Source of the DNA: Parcubacteria group bacterium
GTDB lineage: Bacteria; Patescibacteriota; Minisyncoccia; Minisyncoccales; JAVHRH01
Length of the DNA: 29,385 nt
Assembly: GCA_036171555.1 (NCBI GenBank)
Contig: JAVHRH010000069.1
Coordinates: 1-29,385 of the forward strand
Reading direction: 5' to 3'
Below are positions 25,132 to 29,385 of the stretch, piece after piece. A program made the translations under genes and the position numbers. The notes beneath the pieces were generated by a model, which was not told the origin of the DNA, did not search any database, and was given only the letters and a program-made list of their open reading frames with translations. Within the stretch, counting starts at the first letter, position 1; every line of letters begins with the position of its first letter.

Positions 25132-26736
25132 TTAAAACTCTTTTAAGAATTCTTCGAACTCTTTACCCACCGACAGAGTAAAATAAAAAGTCGCTCCCTC
25201 GTTTTCTTTCGATTCGAACCAAACTTTGCCGCCATGCGCTTCAATAATATTTTTACAAATGAATAAGCCGAGACCGGAGCCCTCGGTATCCATTCTGACC
25301 ACGTTGGCTCCCCGAAAAAATTTAGTAAAAACTCGGGGTTGCTGATCCAAGGGAATGCCGACTCCGCTGTCTTTAACTGAAAATTCAATTTCTTTGCTTT
25401 CTTCCAGATATCTCAAGAAAATATTAATTTTACCGCCGGCTGGAGTATACTTCATGGCGTTGTCTATAAAGTTCTGGATGACTAACCTGATTTTTTCAAC
25501 ATCAACCGCGATTTTGGGCATTTTATCGCCAGCCTTTTTAAATTCTATTTTCAAATTTCTTTTGGCGGCTTCATCTTTGCTGGAGTTAACGACGAAGTGA
25601 ACGAGATCAGCCAAATCAGTCAAAACGGTCCGATAAATATATTTCCCCTCTTCGATGCGAGTTATGTCCAAAAGATCGTTAATCAGAGCAATCATCCTTT
25701 CATTGCTCTGGTAACTCTTTTCTAAAATTTCTCGCTGCTCCTTATTTATTTCTCCCAAATCACCGTCTAAAAGCATTCTTAGAGTCCATTTGATGGCGGC
25801 CAAAGGAGTACGCAGCTGGTGAGCCGACAAAGAAACGAATTCGGTTTTAATTTTTTCCACCGTTTTCTCCCGGGTAATATCATGCAAAATTACCAAGACG
25901 CCAAACTCCTTGCCCTGGTTTGACATCGAAATTGTCGATATTTCTAAAGTCAAATCTTTTCTGATTTCCAATTCTTTTCTAAAAATTCCCCGGATTTCTT
26001 TTTTTAAAAGATTGGTTAAAAGAGCTAATTCCGTTATCTCGGTTATTTCTGAAACTGACCTGCCGACAATCCGGTTAATCGGAACATTAAAAAACTTTCC
26101 GATTTGAGGGTTGGCTAAAGAAATTCGGCTGTTTTCGTCAAGAACCAATAAGCCATCTGAGAAATTGGCGATAATCGTTAAGGTTTTATTTTTTTCTTCC
26201 TCGGCTTTTTTGCGTTCATTCTCCACGTCCTCCAAAATATTCATTAAGGCCTTCCGGGAATTATCCAGTTGCTGCGTTCTAGTTCTCACTCTTTTTTCCA
26301 ATTCTTCGTGCGTTTTTTTTGTCTCGGTAATATCGGCGATGGCCAGAAAGTATCCGATAAATTTTCCTGCCACGTCTTTTCTTGTCGAAACAGAAACAGC
26401 CACGGGAATTTGTTTGTTACTCTTAGAGACGACGCTTAATTCTTCGTTCTTAATTCCGCCCTCCTTTTGCGTTTTTTTAAGCAAACCGTCTATTCCTTTT
26501 TTTTCTGAAAAAATTTTTTCTAAAGGTTCTCCGGTTATTTCTATCGCGCTATAACCGGTTAAGTTTTGCAAAGCCTGATTTATATCGATAATAATTTTTG
26601 GGGGATTAACGGTACAAATTGCCAAAGGCAAAAAAGAAGTAAATTCTTTTATATACCTCTCCAAGTCTTCTAAATCTTCCTCCACCCTGCGAAGCTTTAT
26701 CCCGGTGGTTTCTTTTTCAGAATTAAATTTATTCAT
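25132..26736 (-). CDS. Cytoplasmic PAS-PAS sensor histidine kinase
   Basis: Two PAS-like segments separated by a coiled coil; H-box SAHQLRTPL, N-box DNAMKYT, D.G.GI, F-box and GSGLGL. No hydrophobic TM helix. Confidence 0.92.
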   Translation of the reverse strand: MNKFNSEKETTGIKLRRVEEDLEDLERYIKEFTSFLPLAICTVNPPKIIIDINQALQNLTGYSAIEITGEPLEKIFSEKKGIDGLLKKTQKEGGIKNEELSVVSKSNKQIPVAVSVSTRKDVAGKFIGYFLAIADITETKKTHEELEKRVRTRTQQLDNSRKALMNILEDVENERKKAEEEKNKTLTIIANFSDGLLVLDENSRISLANPQIGKFFNVPINRIVGRSVSEITEITELALLTNLLKKEIRGIFRKELEIRKDLTLEISTISMSNQGKEFGVLVILHDITREKTVEKIKTEFVSLSAHQLRTPLAAIKWTLRMLLDGDLGEINKEQREILEKSYQSNERMIALINDLLDITRIEEGKYIYRTVLTDLADLVHFVVNSSKDEAAKRNLKIEFKKAGDKMPKIAVDVEKIRLVIQNFIDNAMKYTPAGGKINIFLRYLEESKEIEFSVKDSGVGIPLDQQPRVFTKFFRGANVVRMDTEGSGLGLFICKNIIEAHGGKVWFESKENEGATFYFTLSVGKEFEEFLKEF

Positions 26737-26739
26737 GTT

Positions 26740-27345
26740 TTACTCCCAAGTCACGACGAATTCGTGATAAGGATCTCCTCTAAACACGCATTTTGTTTCT
26801 TTTACCTTATTATTCTTGGTGTTTTTCAATAAATACTGGCTTATTCTGATGAAATAACCGCCCAAATAAACGCACAAAATGGGGTGGACTTTAAAATTTT
26901 TAAGACGGACCAGGAAATATTTGTCTTTCAAGGAATAGCCGGGAGTTTCCAACTGTCCGGTTGTATAATGTTTCACCCAATATTTTGGACTTTCGTCATA
27001 GGTCATCCGAATAGTTGAAAAATATTTTAAAAACATTTTCACTATAAAGGAATACTTGGGTGCCGCATTACCCATATCTTCTATTTCCTTATCACCCCAA
27101 TCAAATACTTTTTTAATGGCCAAAAGAGAAATTGCCCTTAGGCCTAAGGGATACCAGCCGGTGGCTTTAATGTTTTCGTAATCAACGGGACAACCGATCT
27201 TTTTTAATTCTTCTTTCACTTTTAATAATCCTTCCTTTCCTTTTTTATTCTGGACATATTCGGCATCGGTTTGGAAAACAACTCCTCTGGCCTCTCCGGG
27301 AGTTCCCATTAATTTTTTTATTTCTTCTTTAGCAAAATCTTCCAC
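26740..27345 (-). CDS. Hypothetical protein with a possible V4R/H-NOX-like ligand-binding fold
   Basis: WYPLG, conserved-looking Cys (ILCVYLGGYF) and C-terminal ETKCVFRGDPYHEFVVTW, which resembles the V4R end motif E..C...G...C/H.F; GTG start. Confidence 0.5.
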   Translation of the reverse strand: MEDFAKEEIKKLMGTPGEARGVVFQTDAEYVQNKKGKEGLLKVKEELKKIGCPVDYENIKATGWYPLGLRAISLLAIKKVFDWGDKEIEDMGNAAPKYSFIVKMFLKYFSTIRMTYDESPKYWVKHYTTGQLETPGYSLKDKYFLVRLKNFKVHPILCVYLGGYFIRISQYLLKNTKNNKVKETKCVFRGDPYHEFVVTWE

Positions 27346-27359
27346 AAGTTAAGAGCTGT

Positions 27360-27689
27360 TTACTGATTATTTTGTTGATTTTTTTTAAGGTTTTTTATTT
27401 CTTCTTTTAATTCAATCATCTTCAACTCTCGGCCTACGGCCAGCTTATTAAACTTTTCCAGTTCTTTTATTTTTTCTTGAAGTTCCCGGGTCCTTGCCTG
27501 CACTTCGTTTTCTAAATTATCAGCCAGGCTTTCAAGCTCTCTGGTTCTGGCTTTAATTCTTATGGCCAAAACTGATTCCATTTCTTCGCGATCTTCGGCT
27601 GTTTTTTTCAGCTTTTTTTGGTAGAAAATAATCAGAAAAAACAAAATCAACCCCAGCAAAATATTAAAAGAGAAAGAAAGATAAGACAT
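27360..27689 (-). CDS. Small single-TM coiled-coil protein resembling a sensor-kinase linker
   Basis: N-terminal hydrophobic helix, then repeated RTREL and ELEKFNKLAVGRELKMIELK coiled coil. Confidence 0.65.
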   Translation of the reverse strand: MSYLSFSFNILLGLILFFLIIFYQKKLKKTAEDREEMESVLAIRIKARTRELESLADNLENEVQARTRELQEKIKELEKFNKLAVGRELKMIELKEEIKNLKKNQQNNQ

Positions 27690-27703
27690 GTTGTTTTAAT
27701 ATT

Positions 27704-28648
27704 TTACCATAATTTTAAGTTCTCTCGAACTGCTTCTTTTTTTTCTTCGTTTAAACGGCCGATTAAACTGTGAAATTCAAACTCTTGCAGCTTTTTAATA
27801 ACTTCGGCTTTATCATAATCGCCGAAAACGCATTGTTTTAAACTGAATTCAACCGGCGTATTTTTTTCGATTTGAGCCAATTCGCGGGAAAAAAAAGCCT
27901 GGTCTTTATATTTTAATAAAGTTTCTTTTAATTTGGGGCTGATTTCTTTGGCTTCAGCGGATTTATCTTTTATTCCTTGGTATAAGTTTTCCAAAGTGCC
28001 AAAACTTAAAAGTAATTTGGTGGCTGTTTTTTCTCCTATCCCCGTAACCCCCGGAATATTGTCGGAAGGATCGCCTCGCAAAGCTTTAAAGTCCAGGAGC
28101 TGCCCGACTTTTAATCCTTGAAATTTTTCCTCAACCGCCTTTTCGTCATACAAGACAATGTCTTTGACCCCTTTTCTCAAGGCAAAAACCTTAGTTTGAG
28201 GATTGACCAATTGGAACGAGTCCTGGTCTCCGCTCAAAATAATCGTTTCAATCTTAGGAAAAACCTGTTTTTTGGGAGCTAATCTGGCGATGGTGCCGAT
28301 AATATCATCCGCTTCAAACCCTTCTTTTTCAAAAATAGCCACGCCAAAAGCTGTCAATATTTCTTTAACCAGGGGAATCTGTTGATATAATCCAGGGGGA
28401 GCCGGCGGACGCTTCGCCTTGTAATCTTTGAATTTTTTGTGGCGGAAGGTTGGCTTCGGGCAGTCAAAGGCGGCCGCAATATAATTGGGTTGGAAATCTT
28501 TAATCGCTTTTAAAAAAACCAGCAAGAAACCGTAGACTGCATTGACCAATTCGCCTTTTTTAGTCGTTAAGGGCGGCAAAGCATGAAAAGCCCGGTGGAT
28601 AACCGAATTAGAATCGATGATGATAAGACGTTTTTTATCTTGAACCAT
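27704..28648 (-). CDS. Stand-alone 5'-3' exonuclease (PolA N-terminal domain)
   Basis: IDSNS..HRAFHA, NAVYGF, AFD, TFRH, YKA.R, EADD..GT, SGD.D and GDPSDNIPGV.GIGEKTA; no polymerase domain. Confidence 0.92.
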   Translation of the reverse strand: MVQDKKRLIIIDSNSVIHRAFHALPPLTTKKGELVNAVYGFLLVFLKAIKDFQPNYIAAAFDCPKPTFRHKKFKDYKAKRPPAPPGLYQQIPLVKEILTAFGVAIFEKEGFEADDIIGTIARLAPKKQVFPKIETIILSGDQDSFQLVNPQTKVFALRKGVKDIVLYDEKAVEEKFQGLKVGQLLDFKALRGDPSDNIPGVTGIGEKTATKLLLSFGTLENLYQGIKDKSAEAKEISPKLKETLLKYKDQAFFSRELAQIEKNTPVEFSLKQCVFGDYDKAEVIKKLQEFEFHSLIGRLNEEKKEAVRENLKLW

Positions 28649-29093
28649 AATTTATCTTAATTTTTCTGACGCTTTGATTGATAAAATCAAAAGATATCCG
28701 GATGACATTTTTCGGTAAAATACTTTTTATTTTATCCGCCCATTCTAAAGCCACGATGTTCTGCGGATTAGAAATAATTTCTCTAAAGCCCAACTCTAAA
28801 ATCTCTTTTGGCTTTCCAATTCGATAGCAATCAAAATGATAAAAGTTTTGGAATTTGGTATTTGGTATTCGGAATTTTTTCATCAGAACAAATGTCGGGC
28901 TGGTTATTTTTTCTTTAATTCCCAACCCCTTGGCAAATCCCTGTAAAAAGGTTGTTTTGCCTCCACCCAAATCACCTTTTAGCCCCAAAACAAAAGCACC
29001 CGTCTTTTTTTTAGTCATCACAATTTCCTTGGCCAAAATCTCGCCCAATTTCTTGGTTTGTTTGGGACTATGGGTTAAATAAATAAGCTGCAT
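28635..29093 (-). CDS. tsaE: tRNA threonylcarbamoyladenosine biosynthesis ATPase
   Basis: GDLGGGKTT, TSPTF, HFDCYR and EWA motifs. Start set at MQLIY; the track's extension is repeat C. Confidence 0.93.
   Translation of the reverse strand: MQLIYLTHSPKQTKKLGEILAKEIVMTKKKTGAFVLGLKGDLGGGKTTFLQGFAKGLGIKEKITSPTFVLMKKFRIPNTKFQNFYHFDCYRIGKPKEILELGFREIISNPQNIVALEWADKIKSILPKNVIRISFDFINQSVRKIKINYGSR
28845..28879. repeat. Degenerate 7-bp tandem array inside tsaE
   Basis: gttttgg-aatttgg-tatttgg-tattcgg-aattttt. Confidence 0.65.
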
Positions 29094-29101
29094 GGATGTT
29101 T

Positions 29102-29175
29102 TTAGGCGAAGAGGGATACGACCCTCTTCTTCAGCTTCGTCCCGACAATGTCGGGCGAAGCTCGTTGACTTCATC
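29102..29175 (-). repeat. Double-hairpin element, copy C
   Basis: Minus strand: gatgaagtcaacgagcttcg-cccgacattgtcggg-acgaagctgaagaagaggg-tcgtat-ccctcttcgcctaa. The linker and 3' end match B1 and A. Confidence 0.75.
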
Positions 29176-29220
29176 ACAACTTTAAGCTAAATTGAATTAA
29201 TTACTTTATTCTAACCTGCT

Positions 29221-29385
29221 ATGGAAGATATTTCAAAAAAAATTACCGAGGAATTAGTTGTTTCCAAAGAAAAAAACGCGCTTTTGCAAAAGAAAATAAA
29301 AAATATCATTGATTTGCAAAAAGCGATTAAAAGTAATTTAGCCGGAAATTTGTCGGACCTAATGGAAATTATTTTTGGCGGCGCG
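29221..29385 (+). CDS. Partial ORF of unknown function (runs off the window)
   Basis: ATG at 29221, open for 55 codons: MEDISKKITEELVVSKEKNALLQKKIKNIIDLQKAIKSNLAGNLSDLMEIIFGGA. Confidence 0.55.
   Translation, partial: MEDISKKITEELVVSKEKNALLQKKIKNIIDLQKAIKSNLAGNLSDLMEIIFGGA

Noticed and set aside
25083-25162. Partial duplication of the kinase 3' end (gagttcga...gagttttaa) in the intergenic region
   Set aside because: Only two 8-9 bp matches; too short to support a mechanism.
27704-28648. Truncated polA pseudogene
   Set aside because: The ORF ends cleanly after a complete exonuclease domain; stand-alone versions are a known arrangement.
407-29082. Short antisense or overlapping ORFs in the supplied track (e.g. 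407-595, 10665-11090, 19603-19887, 24668-24976, 26111-26554)
   Set aside because: They lie on top of well-supported genes and carry no motifs; they are shadow ORFs.

Overview
AT-rich, densely packed bacterial chromosome segment. The gene set and style (few Shine-Dalgarno motifs, short leaders, stand-alone 5'-3' exonuclease, Elp3, DUF763, EndoQ-like protein) suggest a Patescibacteria/CPR (Parcubacteria-like) genome; this is inference. Housekeeping genes: greA-like, ispH, murE, uvrB, rpsT, holA, mutM, tsaE and tRNA-Arg(CCG). I saw no transposase, integrase, CRISPR array or rRNA. Main points: (1) a 6.5-kb cluster with only the late histidine genes (hisB, hisC, IMPase-type phosphatase, hisD), plus a choline/ethanolamine-kinase-family gene, a HAD phosphatase, a PRTase-Lrp fusion regulator and a perfect palindromic operator candidate, which may be a salvage module; (2) Elp3 head-to-head with a Trm9/ALKBH8-like methyltransferase, their start codons interlocked in one CATG, suggesting a eukaryote/archaea-type mcm5U34 tRNA pathway; (3) a dispersed family of double-hairpin REP-like elements with a conserved linker and swappable stems, some supplying protein tails; (4) a candidate ~130-160 nt ncRNA with its own sigma70 promoter and terminator; (5) a frameshifted MgtC, a Gre factor with a non-canonical tip, and a receiver-only signalling cluster. 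All family assignments come from reading motifs by eye; no database searches were run.
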